Shown: piece by piece, positions 49,400 through 63,180 of the stretch
How positions within the stretch are numbered: the first letter of the stretch is position 1
Layout: each line of letters begins with the position of its first letter
Origin: Octopus vulgaris
Taxonomy: Eukaryota
DNA length: 64,000 nucleotides
NCBI GenBank assembly: GCA_951406725.2
Contig: OX597823.1
Coordinates: 1,922,001 to 1,986,000 of the forward strand
Direction: 5' to 3'
Position numbers and translations under genes: made by a program
Notes under the pieces: model-generated
Told to the model about the DNA's origin: nothing
Seen by the model: the letters and a program-made list of their open reading frames with translations, nothing else
Databases searched by the model: none

Positions 49400-49995
49400 T
49401 GTTTCTTTCTCCTCTCCTTCATCAATGCCGCCTGTTTGTTCTTCGCATTTGTCGTCGTCGTCGTCGTCGTCATCATAATCGTTGGGTGAGATAGACAGAG
49501 TGAAAGAGAGAGACAGGGAAATGCAAGTGAAATGCAAAGAAGAAGACGAAGGACGAAAAGGGGAAGGATGATGGTGGTGGCTGTGTGGTTAAGAAATTCG
49601 TTCGCCGGCAACTCGGCTTCGGGGTTCGCTCCTGCAACGCGGCTCACCACTTTCCAATGAAATGTTTTCGCCGAAGAAGAGAGAAAGAAAGATACCTCAG
49701 GTGGCGATGGTGGTGGGGGTCTCCAAATATGGTAATGTCGTTAAGGAAGGCCAATAGGATCATAAACACAACCGTATTAATAAATAACCTCAACATCGCA
49801 AATGTTTCTTTCTCCTCTCCTTCATCAATGCCGCTTGTTTGTTCTTCGCATTTGTCGTCGTCGTCGTCGTCGTCATCATAATCGTTGGGTGAGATAGACA
49901 GAGTGAAAGAGAGAGACAGGGAAAGTGAAATGCAAAGAAGAAGACGAAGGACGAAAAGGGAAGGATGATGGTGGTGTCTGTGTGGTTAAGAAATT
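49400..49995 (+). repeat. Local direct duplication of about 195 bp
   Basis: 49400-49598 and 49803-49995 are nearly identical, including the (GTC)n tract. Confidence 0.85.
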
Positions 49996-49998
49996 ATA

Positions 49999-50390
49999 AT
50001 GTATGTATGTATGTATGTATGTATGTATGTATGTATGTATGTATGTATGTATGTATGTATGTATGTATGTATGTATGTATGTATGAATGTGTGTATGTAT
50101 GTATGTATGTATGAATGTGTGTATGTATGTATGTATGTGTAGGTATGAATGCATGTATGTGTGTATGTATGTATGTATGTGTGTATGAATGTATGTATGT
50201 ATGTATGTATGTATGTATGTGTGTATGTATGTATGTATGTATGTATGTATGTATGTATGTGTGTATGTATGTATGTATGTATGTATGTATGAATGTGTGT
50301 ATGTATGTATGTATGTATGTATGTATGTGTAGGTATGAATGCATGTATGTGTGTATAATGTATGTATGTATGAATGCATGTATGTGTGTA
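49999..50390. repeat. (TATG)n microsatellite
   Basis: Direct reading. Confidence 0.95.
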
Positions 50391-50409
50391 TAAGGTATGT
50401 GTTTATATT

Positions 50410-50772
50410 CTTTTTAGTTGTTTCAGTCATTTGACTGCGGCCATGCTGGAGCACTGTGTCTAGTCGATCAAATCGACCCCAGGCCTAGTCTAGTACTAAT
50501 TCCATCGGGTTCTTTTGCCGAACCGCTAAGTTACAGGGGCGTAAACACACCAGCATCGGTTGTCAGGCGATGTTGGGGGGGGGGGGACATACACACAAAC
50601 ACACACACACACACATACAAACATATATATATATACACACGACAGGCTTCTTTCAGTTTCCGTCTACCAAATCCACTCACAGGGCTTTGGTCGACCTGAG
50701 GCTATAATAGAAGACACTAGCCCAAGGTGCCACGCAGTGGGACTGAACCTGAAACCATGCGGTTGGTAAGCT
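50410..50772 (-). mobile_element. tRNA-derived SINE
   Basis: Reverse complement of the 18722-19081 family, including the tail stem-loop. Confidence 0.85.
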
Positions 50773-52632
50773 ACCATCATCATTTAACGTCTGTTTTTCC
50801 TGTTTCACAGAAGCTGACCAGCTGAAGGGCTGTTCATGCGCCATGTCTGTTTTGGCACCAGCACTTTCGAGCCCGCAAGAATGGAGATGCTCAGTTGGAG
50901 GGGGTTGCAACGAATGAACGAGACCCTATGCCAGGGCAATCGCGTTTCTACTTAGCTTGACGTGTCTTTTCAAGCACAGCAAACCACCAGGAGTTTCGAT
51001 CCCCTCTCATCCCCTCAGTGAAACCCGACGTTTCTAGATCCTTTCTCACCACTTCATCCCACGTGTCTTCCTGGAAAGATGTGTGTGGATGCGTGTATGC
51101 ATCTACGTAAGTTTGTCTATTTTTTAACCGACAGAAAATAGCCGAAGTGACCCAAGGGCCGAGGGTTTCGTGCCTGGTCCTTTGCCAGAACTATCCCCGC
51201 CAGCCTTGCCCAGTTCTGTTTTCTTCCACGTCTCAGCAGCGATGGCAGCCTGAGATATACTGCAATGGAGAAAACTTTTTAAAATCCATTTTCGCAACCC
51301 ACCCACTGTCCATCTTTACCCCATTACCCAACTTTTGCCTCCCCATCTGGTACCCCACCTTGCATACGGATGCTTAGTGTAGAAATACTTCCAGTTGTTT
51401 CAAATCGGCATGACCACCACTCCTGATGGTGTCTCCTTCATTACACACAAATGATGGTTTACATTTTAGCACAAGGCCAGCAATTTCAGGGAAGGTGGGG
51501 TCTTGTCGATCGCATCGACCACAGGGCCCAACTTATACTTATTTTATCGGCCCCGAAGAACGAAAAGCAAAGTCACCTCGACGACACTCGAACACAACGT
51601 AAAAACGGACGAAATACCGCAAAGCATTTTGTCCGGAATGCCAACGATTCTGCTATCAAGCCGCTTTTAATTCCACTCGAATATTTCTCCATCCTCCCAT
51701 CGATCTTGCCCGACACTCACCGAATACTTCCTCTCTCCAGTTTTACAGTGGAGTCACACCCTAATCTTTGGGATTACTCTGCAATGAGCACTCTTTCCAA
51801 AGAACAGCAATTCCTCTGACCCCGTTATCAAGGCCCTGTTTTACCTCTAAATTTCTAATTTAATGGACATACCTATCAACAATAATTTTCTCCAACACCA
51901 TAGATCTCTCTTTCTTCTCTTCTTTTTCTCTTTGTCTCCTCCTCTCTCTCTGTTTCCTCAAGGACTTTCATAGAGCCAAATGCACTGGTGACCAACGTTA
52001 TTATGTTACCCACCATTAAATTCGTTGCCCTTGACGTCGGCAAAGCACTCGATTGTTGGAAACTTCCTGTCTATAGGTTCCACCCTCCTCTCATCTCTGA
52101 GATCAATTGCTTCTAATTAGATTGCACCATTGCGGTTTGTCTTCCAGACTCTGATACGGCCCATGTTTCCGTCCTCTCCTTTCTTCCATCTATATGTTCA
52201 ATAAGCAAACTACAGCCCTTCACTAGAGTCCCTTAATTAGAGTTCTTAACTATAACCCTCAACCTTTCGGGGTCGATAAATAAAGTACCAGTTTCGCACT
52301 GGGGTCGATGTAATCAACTTGATCCCTTTGTCTGTCCTTGTTTGTCCCCTCTATGTTTAGCCCCTTGTGGGAAGTAAAGAAATATAAACACACACACACA
52401 CACGTCGCTTTGGTAGTGTTGCTGCTGTTGTTATTGTTGCTGTGTTTGCTGTTGTTATTGTTGTTGTTGTGTTTGCTGCTGTGGTAGCTGGGTGAGTTGA
52501 TTGAAGATATGTTTGTTGGGCTGCCTGAAGAAGTAACCGAACAACACTCGTGAATATTTCACAGAGTTTATTATTGCACACAAAGCAAAGTGCGTTGGTC
52601 TTTTCCAGATAACGACAACGATAATTACCGAC

Positions 52633-52705
<73 letters not shown>

Positions 52706-53151
52706 CTGCTCTGAGCTTACAGAAAGTTATTGGCAGGGCAACGTGTGGCTTGTCCAGCACAACTGGGAGCAATTGTGCTGTATTCGGGACGACAGTCTGA
52801 TCACTTATCTACACCACCTGGTTTTAAGCGCCTACCTGAATGTCTGGCCCGTAAAAATGCACACCGAACTGTTTTATAGGGAGACCGAAAGTCAAATTCT
52901 AGAATATTCGAGAAAACATGTCCATAACATCGCTCCATACTGATTCGCCGGTTAATAGACCGATCACGGGAAACTATGGTAGCTTGCTCGTGGTGTCTGA
53001 CCGCACGTTCAGGGATTCGGTTTCGAATTACCGCTATTGACACATGAACACACACCACCACCACCACCACCACACCACACACGAATGGGTTTTCCCATCG
53101 ATTTCGACAAATGTCAGTCTAAAAGCACTATTTTGGCTTCTCTTTTTCTAT

Positions 53152-53522
53152 TTACCTCCGCCATGGAAGGAGGTTATGTTTTCATTGGCGTTGGTTTGTC
53201 CGTCTGTGTGCAAGATAACTCAAAAAGTTGCGAACGGTATTTGATGAAACTTGCAGGAAAAGTTGGTAATGACACAAGGAACAGATGATGAAATTTTGGT
53301 AGTAATCCGGAAACTTTTATGGATTCTTGAAGGATTTTTCATTTGTTATATTTACTTTACAAGAAGTATTAGTTACGTTCTTTGATTATCTCCCTTGAAA
53401 ATACGTTCATCGTTTGCACGTAACCTATGGTGGCGTCGCTGTTTCAAAAGTTTATTTTCGTTTCTCTATTAGTAATTTTACTTGCGTATCTATCTTAAAC
53501 GAGCTGCTTGGCGGAGGTCTGC
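53152..53522 (+). mobile_element. Helentron-associated (HINE/DINE-1-like) non-autonomous element
   Basis: Sub-terminal IR acctccgcc (53154-53162) / ggcggaggt (53510-53518), 5' palindrome acctcc..ggaggt, GTCC/GTCT tract. Confidence 0.6.
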
Positions 53523-54263
53523 AGAGGATGATATGACAAACCTGACTCAAAAAGCTCTGGCTGTGCTCCCTCCACCGCCGCTGTGAGCTCTATATCATCT
53601 GTATGATGTGGAAAATATTCCATCAACGTTGCCCATCTTTAAAATTCGTCCGAAGCTTGGCCCCCGTGCCATCCGTCCACGACAGAAATGTTCGTATCGT
53701 ACGGAATTACTTACGAATCATCTTGTTGTCCGGATTTATCCTCTAAAGTTGAAATCCACGCAAAAAGGCCACCCATTTTAGAAGGATTTTAAGAATATTC
53801 CCCAAACACATCCTTAAACGGATTCAAAACAAGAAGAAATCTTGGAGAGGTCTATTTTCTTTTAAATGTCTTACAGAATCTTTTTCTTTTTAGGATCTGG
53901 GAATTAATGTTCTGTAGCAAATCTTCGTGTGATCTAGCACCTCTCCAACCATACACTTGTTTCTTATCACTTCTCGGCAATCACAACCACTACACTATGT
54001 GTTCTTCATCTGTTTAACATCCCAGTTTACCAAAGAATTGCTCAGTTTGTCTCCGTATTCCTTCGCCAGACGAGCGAAATCATCAGCAATGCAGTCGACT
54101 TAACATGCTCTCGGCAACCGGTGGCATTGTGCCAATATTATCAAACAACCTAAATATAATGCCTACCTTTAGCATATATATCTAGCTTCGATTTATACTA
54201 ATATACTTTTACAGGTGTGCTGCAGATACAAAAATTGAAACAGAAAAGCAAAAAAAACTGGGC

Positions 54264-54335
54264 CTCCCCGGCGGGGAATCGAACCCCGGTCTCCCGCGTG
54301 ACAGGCGGGGATACTTACCACTATACTACCGAGGA
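54264..54335 (-). tRNA. tRNA-Asp (GTC)
   Basis: TCCTCGGTAGTATAGTGGTAAGTATCCCCGCCTGTCACGCGGGAGACCGGGGTTCGATTCCCCGCCGGGGAG; full cloverleaf, oligo-T terminator at 54250-54257. Confidence 0.97.
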
Positions 54336-55129
54336 CAGGCCGAAAGCGAATTGCAAATTAATAATTATAAAGTTATAGAAATTCTTTAACTCGTACGTTG
54401 TAATTTTACAATTATTTAATTAATAATTTTTATATTTTTAAACAATAAAACTGTTAGCTATTTTAAAATGTCGTCACTGTGTTAAATTATAATCTCCATT
54501 GGAGGTTATATTTAACTATATTTCCCATCATCCTCTTTCACAGGCACATGTCTGTGTCTGTGTGTGTGTGTCTGTTCATGGCTTTCATTGTTTTGCTTCA
54601 ACTTTATTCTTTCTCTGGCCGTTTTCTTTTTCAGAGAAAAGTCGACAGTTTCACCGAATTATGTCGATAAAATGTCATTACGTTCAACAACAATGATATT
54701 TTTACGACAGTTCTGTTTTACATAAACCTAATGATGTTTATACTAAACAGGAACTGTTGAAGTAATTTATCATTGAGAGTTTAATAATTCCAACGGCATT
54801 AATTATCTTTCGAAAGAGAATTAATTAAATGTCAATATTCCTTCAAATTTCTAATTTTATGACGGTTTATTTCATCTATAATCGAGGTCGGTCCCAGTTC
54901 ACACTACGTTGTAAGTCAACGAAAAGACAAACAATTATAATCATAAATTTGAGAAATTATCGAAAAATCCTTCTCGAAATATGATTATAAAACTTAAATG
55001 TAAAAATAACAGTGAAAATACGATGAACTGCAATAAAATACAAGAAAAACTCGTTTAGGAAGTAATAATTATTGGAGACATGATGTGAGTAAAGTACAAT
55101 ATAGCATTTTAGGCATCAGTTTGCCAGCT

Positions 55130-55213
55130 GTCAGGATGGCCGAGCGGTCTAAGGCGCTGCGTTCAGGTCGCAGTCGGGTCTTCCCGGCGTGGGTTCGAAT
55201 CCCACTTCTGACA
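55130..55213 (+). tRNA. tRNA-Leu (CAG)
   Basis: GTCAGGATGGCCGAGCGGTCTAAGGCGCTGCGTTCAGGTCGCAG...GGTTCGAATCCCACTTCTGACA; long variable arm, T-runs downstream. Confidence 0.97.
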
Positions 55214-55528
55214 AGAATTTATTTTTATTTTTTTGTACTGGCTCCGTAAACAAGGAGTAGAGGGTTTCTTAGTTCAGCTCTGAGCCATCGAATTGTCATT
55301 TGATCAGTCCATTCTTACACTTTCTTTTACAGCAGCAACGAGAAAAATCGTAGCTTAATGAGACACACTTGGCTAGCAGTCACGCTGAAATAGAATACAA
55401 TTAAAAGCAAAATGTGACAAATATTCATATGAAAATCAAGTTTGAAAAAATATACATATGCGAAAATCTTATAAAATTAATTAAATGTCAATATTCCTTC
55501 AAATTTCTAATTTTATGACGGTTTATTT

Positions 55529-55563
55529 CAGCCGAACGCGCTAACCGATTGCGCCACAGAGAC
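55529..55563 (-). pseudogene. 5' half of tRNA-Asn (GTT), truncated in the anticodon
   Basis: GTCTCTGTGGCGCAATCGGTTAGCGCGTTCGGCTG equals the first 35 nt of metazoan tRNA-Asn; no B box follows. Confidence 0.85.
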
Positions 55564-55939
55564 CGACACGAAATCCGACTCTCATATAATTATATTGTAG
55601 TTTTGGTTATTGATATTCTTCTCCCACCCCCACCCAATTAATGGATTACTCAGGTGGGACATTTAATTAGTTTCTTCCGTTCTTTTATCTCAATAACTGG
55701 CAATTTGCCTTTCGTGTTTTTATCACGGAGCACGCACTACATCGCCTCCCAAACCATATCATCGTTTCTCTAATCCATATTATCGTCTTTAAGCGCTCAG
55801 TTTTTACCAATACTGTCTTCTAGTGGTTTTTTGGTTGATTAGAAATTTTGCCGGGCATAGTTTCGGTTGTAGTAGCACAGATTTCCGTCGATTTCCGTAA
55901 AAAACTTTTATTTTTTTACATAAGTAATGAGAGCGAAAG

Positions 55940-56555
55940 AGACTAAGAGGAAGCGATTTTATGACGAGAAGGTTTCACTTTGAAGTCGGCCTGTGTGAGT
56001 TTGATGGGGTGTGGGAGACAGACAGTATGTTGTGTAAGTGAAGTGCTTCTGTTAGTGTGTGCGAAGAGACAGACATACATATACACATACACCGAGTACA
56101 TACATACATACATACACACACACATACATAGATACATACACACACACACATACATACATACATACACACACACATACTTACACACACACACATAGATACA
56201 TACACACACACACATACATGCAGACATACATATACACATACACCGAGTAAAAAATTACGATGAATCGGCCATACATACATACATACACACACACATACTT
56301 ACACACACACACATACATAGATACATGCATACATACATACATATACACATACATGCATACATACATATACACATACACCGAGTAAAAAATCAGTTATCTC
56401 TCTCTTTCACACATTACTCTCTCTGTCTCTTCACACACACTAACAGAAGCACTTCACTTACACAACATACTGTCTGTCTCCCACACCCCATCAAACACAC
56501 ACAGGCCGACTTCAAAGTGAAACCTTCTCGTCATAAAATCGCTTCCTCTTAGTCT
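55940..56555. repeat. 134-bp inverted repeat around a CA/TACA-rich spacer
   Basis: 55940-56073 versus 56422-56555, about two mismatches by eye. Confidence 0.9.
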
Positions 56556-56604
56556 TTTGGTTGATTAGAAATTTTGCCGTGTTTTAATAAGGATCTTTTT
56601 ATAA

Positions 56605-56900
<296 letters not shown>

Positions 56901-57591
56901 GACAGAGAGACAGACAGATAGCAAGATAGATAGATAGATAGAAGGATATGGACCAATACATGCAAAGAGAGAGAGAGAGAGAGGGGGGGTAACGAAGAGA
57001 CCGGTTGATAAACTCATAGATAGACACATGGGCTAAAAACAAAACCTAATAATCTTACTACTTCCTGATGAGGTGCATACAACCTCCCACACATCACAAT
57101 TTGAGTCGTTGATGCGGTTATGTTTTTCCCTATTGAATCACGTGTGGGACGAGTCGGTTTATCAGCTGAGTCTATCGTCAATATTGTCACGCCTCCATTT
57201 GGCCTTCCAGCCAACTGCGAAAGGTATTTTATAAGACGGATTTCTAATATACAAGGAGAACATCGCAAATCCTTCGACCACTCTCGTCCGCGAACTTTCT
57301 GTTCCTGGGTAGAGCAAAATCACCAACTTTGCCAATACGATATTCAGAAGAATAACTACGAAAACTTCTGTTACGTCACGACCATTACCAATGAAAATCT
57401 AAGGTTTCCGGTGCTAAGTTCATGAATTATTTTTCCCTGCCGAATCCAAAATCTCCGATTAGGTTGGAAATGTTAAAGAAATTAGAAGTCGGAACACTAT
57501 CAGGGAGATTATTCAAGTTAGTATACAATAACACTCATTAGACATTTTGTTCGTAAAATTATGGGCGTTCATCGTAAGAAAAAGAAATCAT

Positions 57592-57675
57592 TGTCAAAAG
57601 TGGGATTCGAACCCACGCCGGGAAGACCCGACTGCGACCTGAACGCAGCGCCTTAGACCGCTCGGCCATCCTGAC
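57592..57675 (-). tRNA. tRNA-Leu (CAG), C68U variant
   Basis: Identical to the other copies except position 57597 (3' end TTTTGACA instead of TTCTGACA). Confidence 0.9.
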
Positions 57676-57981
57676 TATGCAGTACTTCCTTTCTACTTTA
57701 GGATGTAATAAATTACGATTAGATAGATATATGGATAGATAGATTTGTACATACATGTATATATATATATATATAGATATATATATACTCTTTTACTTGT
57801 TTCAGTCATTTGACTGCGGCCATGCTGGAGCAACGCCTTTAATCGAGCAACTCGACCCCGGGACTTATTCTTTTTTGTAAGCCCAGTACTTACCTTCTAT
57901 CGGTCTCTTTTGTGCGAACCCTGTGTGCTAAGTAACGGGGAAACATAAACATCTACCTAGCTATCGGTCTGTCAAGCAATG

Positions 57982-58080
<99 letters not shown>

Positions 58081-58907
58081 CTATCTAATCTATCTCATGG
58101 CTTTCTCGGCCCGAGGCTATAGTAGAAGACACTTGCCCAAGATGCTAGCAGTGGGACTAACCTGGAAGATAGATAGATTGGTAGATAGATAGATAGATAG
58201 ATAGAATATATATATAGATAGATAGATAGATCTAGACAGGATATGGACATTACTCGGTAGTCAAGAGAGAACTCTGAGAGAGAGAGAGTGAGAGATCCAC
58301 GAACACCACCGGTTGATAAACTCATAGATAGACTAAAAACGAAGAGATGGTGTTAATCTTACTACTTCCTGATGATCATGACAACCTCCCACACATCACA
58401 ATTTGAGTCGTTGATGCGGTTATGTTTTTCCCTATTGAATCGACAGAATCGTTAAGAGAGTTAGGTTAGTATACCACTGGCCTTTAGTGTTCTCATCTTC
58501 TGCCAGGGTCCGTTTTTCAGCCATACTGCGAAAGGTATTTTATAAGACGGATTATATAATATAAAAGGAGTGTTTGTCATCGCAAATCCTTCGACCACTC
58601 TCGTCCGCGAACTTTCTGTTCCTGGGTAGAGCAAAATCACCAACTTTGCCAATACGATATTCAGAAGAATAACTACAAAAACTTCTGTTACGTCACGACC
58701 ATTACCAATGAAAATCTAACGTTTCTGGTGCTAAGTTCATGAATTATTTTTCCCTGCGAATCCAAAATCTCCGATTAGGTTGGAAATGTTAAAGAAATTA
58801 GAAGTTGGAACACTATCAGGGAGATTATTCAAGTTAGTATACAATAACACTCATTAGACATTTTGTTCGTAAAATTATGGGCGTTCATCGTAAGAAAAAG
58901 AAATCAT

Positions 58908-58991
58908 TGTCAGAAGTGGGATTCGAACCCACGCCGGGAAGACCCGACTGCGACCTGAACGCAGCGCCTTAGACCGCTCGGCCATCCTGAC
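58908..58991 (-). tRNA. tRNA-Leu (CAG)
   Basis: Identical to 55130-55213; lies in the second copy of a tandem duplication of about 1.3 kb. Confidence 0.95.
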
Positions 58992-59104
58992 TATGCAGTA
59001 CTTCCTTTCTACTTTAGGATGTAATAAATTACGATTAGATAGATATATGGATAGATAGATTTGTACATACATGTATATATATATATATATAGATATATAT
59101 ATAC

Positions 59105-59485
59105 TCTTTTACTTGTTTCAGTCATTTGACTGTGGCCATGCTGGAGCAACGCCTTTAATCGAGCAACTCGACCCCGGGACTTATTCTTTTTTGTAAGCCC
59201 AGTACTTATTCTATCGGTACTTTTTCCGAACCGCTAAGTAACGGGGACATAAACACACCAGCATCGGTTGTCAAGCAATGCTAGGGGGACAAATACAGAC
59301 ACACAAACACACACACGCATATATACATATACATATATACGACGGGCTTCTTTCAGTTTCCGTCTACCAAATCCACTCACGTGGCTTTGGTCGGCCCGAG
59401 GCTATAGTAGAAGACACTTGCCCAAGGTGCTACGCAGTGGGACTGAACCTGGAACCATGTGGTTGGTAAACAAGCTACTTACCAC

Positions 59486-59487
<2 letters not shown>
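59105..59487 (-). mobile_element. tRNA-derived SINE, near full length
   Basis: Same family as 18722-19081; partial duplicate at 57787-57980. Confidence 0.88.
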
Positions 59488-59545
<58 letters not shown>

Positions 59546-59925
59546 TTGTGTTTGTCTCCTCCTTCACCACACCACCACCGCTGATAACCGGTGCTGGTTT
59601 GTTTACGTTTAGCGGTTCGGCAAGACAGGCTGAGAGAATAAGTACCAGATTTTAAAAAGCAGGTACCGGTTTCAACTGGCGGTGCTATTTCTGTAAGATC
59701 GACCAAACAAGGGATAATCCGTAATCTCTGATGTATTCGTGACAACAGATAAGAGAGTATAATCCGAATTGATGGAGTGATAATGGATGAAAACCCACAG
59801 AAAATTCTATCAGCACGGTGGACTTACACACCAATGATATACATGTCTAGTTTGCTTTACCTTTGTTGAAAAAAAAATTTATGTCAAAACCAAAATTATG
59901 AAAATAAAAATAAAAATAAAGACCT

Positions 59926-60009
59926 TGTCAGAAGTGGGATTCGAACCCACGCCGGGAAGACCCGACTGCGACCTGAACGCAGCGCCTTAGACCGCTCGGC
60001 CATCCTGAC
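59926..60009 (-). tRNA. tRNA-Leu (CAG)
   Basis: Identical to 55130-55213; T-runs downstream. Confidence 0.97.
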
Positions 60010-60165
60010 AGCTGATAAATTTATGAGATTCAGATTTAGTCTTACATGAGAGCGAGTTGAGCTGAAACCATTACTCTTCTCTCTCTCCATTTGTCCTTGC
60101 AACCGACAGACAAACGGATTTCATCAGACGGATTCCCAATGGACAAGGACAACATGGCCCCTATC

Positions 60166-60284
<119 letters not shown>

Positions 60285-60366
60285 ACTTACTCTCTCTTCT
60301 TGTTGTTCTGTCTCTCACGTCATATGCATACCATCTGTCTGTCTGTCTCTCTATCCTCTCTTCCTC

Positions 60367-60420
<54 letters not shown>

Positions 60421-61131
60421 AACGCATAACAGCGCATATTTACTCAAACTGAGTATATGGAGGTGTGTATGTATCTATGTATGTGTGTGTGTATGTTTGT
60501 AAATAACCTGCAGAAAATTACGAAAATAACTCAAGGATTGAGTGTCATGTTCTAACTCTATGCCAAGTAAAAAGTAAATGTGTGTGTGTGTGTGTGTGTG
60601 TGTGTGAGTGTGAGTGTGACTGTGTGTATGTGTGAGTTTGTGTGTATGTGTGAGTGTGTGTGTGTGTGTGTACGTATTGACCCAACTTCTTCCGATTGTA
60701 GTGCAAGGGAGATAATCCACTCCTTCCTTCCTTACTGAACCAGAGTCACTGGTTTTTTAAGTTCAAATCACTTCGATTTCAGACCTGCCTTTCATGATTT
60801 CGAGGTCAATGAAACCATGTCCCAACTGATATTTTACCTGTTGGGTTTGTGCATGCGGGCAAGAAAGAAACCAACGTGCAGACCATTGACTTTGGCCGGC
60901 GACCGGGCGGGGGTCGCTTAGCTTTTCTGCTGGTTTTGAGTTCAAATTCCGCTGAGATCAGCTACACTTTTCCTCCTTTCGGTAGAGATGAAACAGAGTA
61001 CCAGACAAATGCGGGGGATCAATAGAGTCAACTTGTCCCACTTCCCCAACCCCACCCTCTATGTTGCGAGCATTGACTACGAATGCCTTGCAAAACACCG
61101 GGCAACCGGCCTGGGTCTCTCTCTCTCTCTC

Positions 61132-61217
<86 letters not shown>

Positions 61218-62883
61218 ACCTTCTCTCGCTCTCTAACTTACTCTCTTTTCCCCATCTCATTCACTCTCGCTATGTATGTATGTATGTATGTATGTATGTA
61301 TGTATGTGTGTGTGTATGTATGTGCAAATTTGTATGTTTTATGTACGTATTCTCATGCATATAGTTACATATCTAGACATGCTCATATATATTTAAATGA
61401 TAAACTTCTGGAAAGTTTTACAGATTTTTACAGTTGCAGTGATGGATCTGTAGTCTTCGAATTAGCCACGTTTTGGTTCAACATCTACCAACAATGTGTG
61501 CAACCCCTGGATCCGTCATCAGATTAATATCAGTGATGAGGGTCTCCGTAAGCACAACAGAGTCTCTAGTTGTTTCGGGGCTTAATGAGAGACACCCTCA
61601 TCCTGGTGACCAGACTTCGGTTGATGCAGTCAAGACCTGGGTCCAAGCAGCATCCTGCTGTCCCCATTGATTACTTCTCTTCATCCAGAAATATTTCTAT
61701 GGATTTATCAGAAGCCTCTACGTTGTCCTTGATGGTTCTGCTCAGTCCTGAAATGTCCAGAATTCCATTCGCTTCATCCAGAAATGGTCTTTAAATCCTC
61801 AATTGTCAAGTTCCACCAGCAAGGTAGTGACCCTTGCGGTAGTCCTCCACCAGGGTCTGACACTTAGCTCTTTTCTTCTTGTCTGTCTCTTCCATTATCT
61901 CCACACAGGCTACAGCTTTTTTTTTTTTTTAACTTCAAGAGGATTAGCTGCCTTGTTCCTATTACAATTAACTGTACACTAGGAAGACATCTATACGTGT
62001 CTGCTATGAAAGATAATTATTTATTAATTATTATTGCTACAAATATGTTACTTCTATGAATCTCAGTGTGAGTAAGACTTCAACTAATTTCAAGTAAATT
62101 TGAAAGACGTTATAAAGTTATTCCTAGATATTTATTCAAGGGAAGTAACTTTAACGCAAGTTCCCTCCCCTTACAATCAGGGCTTTCTTGAAGTATTTAA
62201 CTTGAGATGCTGCGAAATCGGGTCCAAGGAACCTCTTGAAGTAGCTTTTAGAAAGCTTTACTTGGCTTTTCTATGTAAGTTACTCAGAGGAAAACGATAG
62301 CATCATGGTATTTGTGCGTACCTGTAAAATCGCCGAGAAAACTGATTAACGAGACGAGCTTGTAGTTTTTAGTAAGTCCGAATTACACAAATGCATTCCC
62401 TGGTCACTTTTGCTGTCGTCAATACGGTGAACTAGTGATTAATCGCTTGCAACTAAAGTTCGTGCGTGGTGTGGGTTATAGGTAGAGAGGATATGTAGAG
62501 AACAAAGGCCATTCTAGTCGTTCGCCGTTGGAGAGTGTTGCTATTTAGATGTCTGTAGACGAAAACGGCTGAATCACGAACTGTTGTTGCTTGGATGTTG
62601 TTTGTGTTCGTAGGTTTAACACTGAATCGGGTATGTGAGCAGTGGCTTTTCAGATGATGTAGTTTACAGAACAACTCTTACTTTTCTGATAGTTACCTTG
62701 AGGTGTTAAAACCCCCTCATTACAAACCGTCCAGTTTATAACGAGACAGACAGAAGTTCTTTGTCCGAACTGTGGTCGTACACCTCTTAGTGATAAAACA
62801 ATTTGGGAGTAGAGGAATTATGAGTTTTGTGTGAGAGTTATATTACCTAACAGAATGGGTTGGATCACTGGCATGGCTATTTA

Positions 62884-63180
62884 CAGGGGCTGGCGAACCA
62901 GGATTCATTACCCTAAGAGAGGCAAAAATGAAATTCATGTGGGTAATGACTCATTAGATATATTAAAAAAAACCTGTTCCTTGTTACGACAGAAATCTTT
63001 CTCCTGGCATGAGGAGGCAGTCAAAAGGTTGTTGCCTTTTGCAACAACCTACCTCTACAAACAAGGATTTCTCACTCCAATGAACATAAAAACAAAGCAG
63101 AGTAATCGATTGGACCTCGAAGAATGCATTCAAATTGCTCTGGCATCAAAATGCCCCATCATTTCTCCAAAACCTGAAGT
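62884..63180 (+). mobile_element. Internally deleted hAT (Buster/Charlie-type) remnant
   Basis: AVKRLLPFATTYLYKQGFL.PMNIKTKQSNRLDLE..IQIAL matches the Buster-type dimerisation domain; possible CAGGGG terminus at 62884. Confidence 0.75.

Noticed and set aside
51670-51890. Possible Penelope RT remnant (PSILPDTH..., NFNGHTYQQ)
   Set aside because: Only two short motif echoes and no catalytic motif visible; needs a profile search.
53525-54140. Protein-like short minus-strand frames (e.g. DCIADDFARLAKEYGDKLSNSLVNWDVKQMK)
   Set aside because: Broken by stops in all frames and not assignable to any family by eye.
61565-61612. Minus-strand GGAUGA-GGG...CCCC-GAAAC hammerhead-like series
   Set aside because: Lacks CUGA and a usable stem III/UH; too degenerate to call, though it may be a decayed relative.
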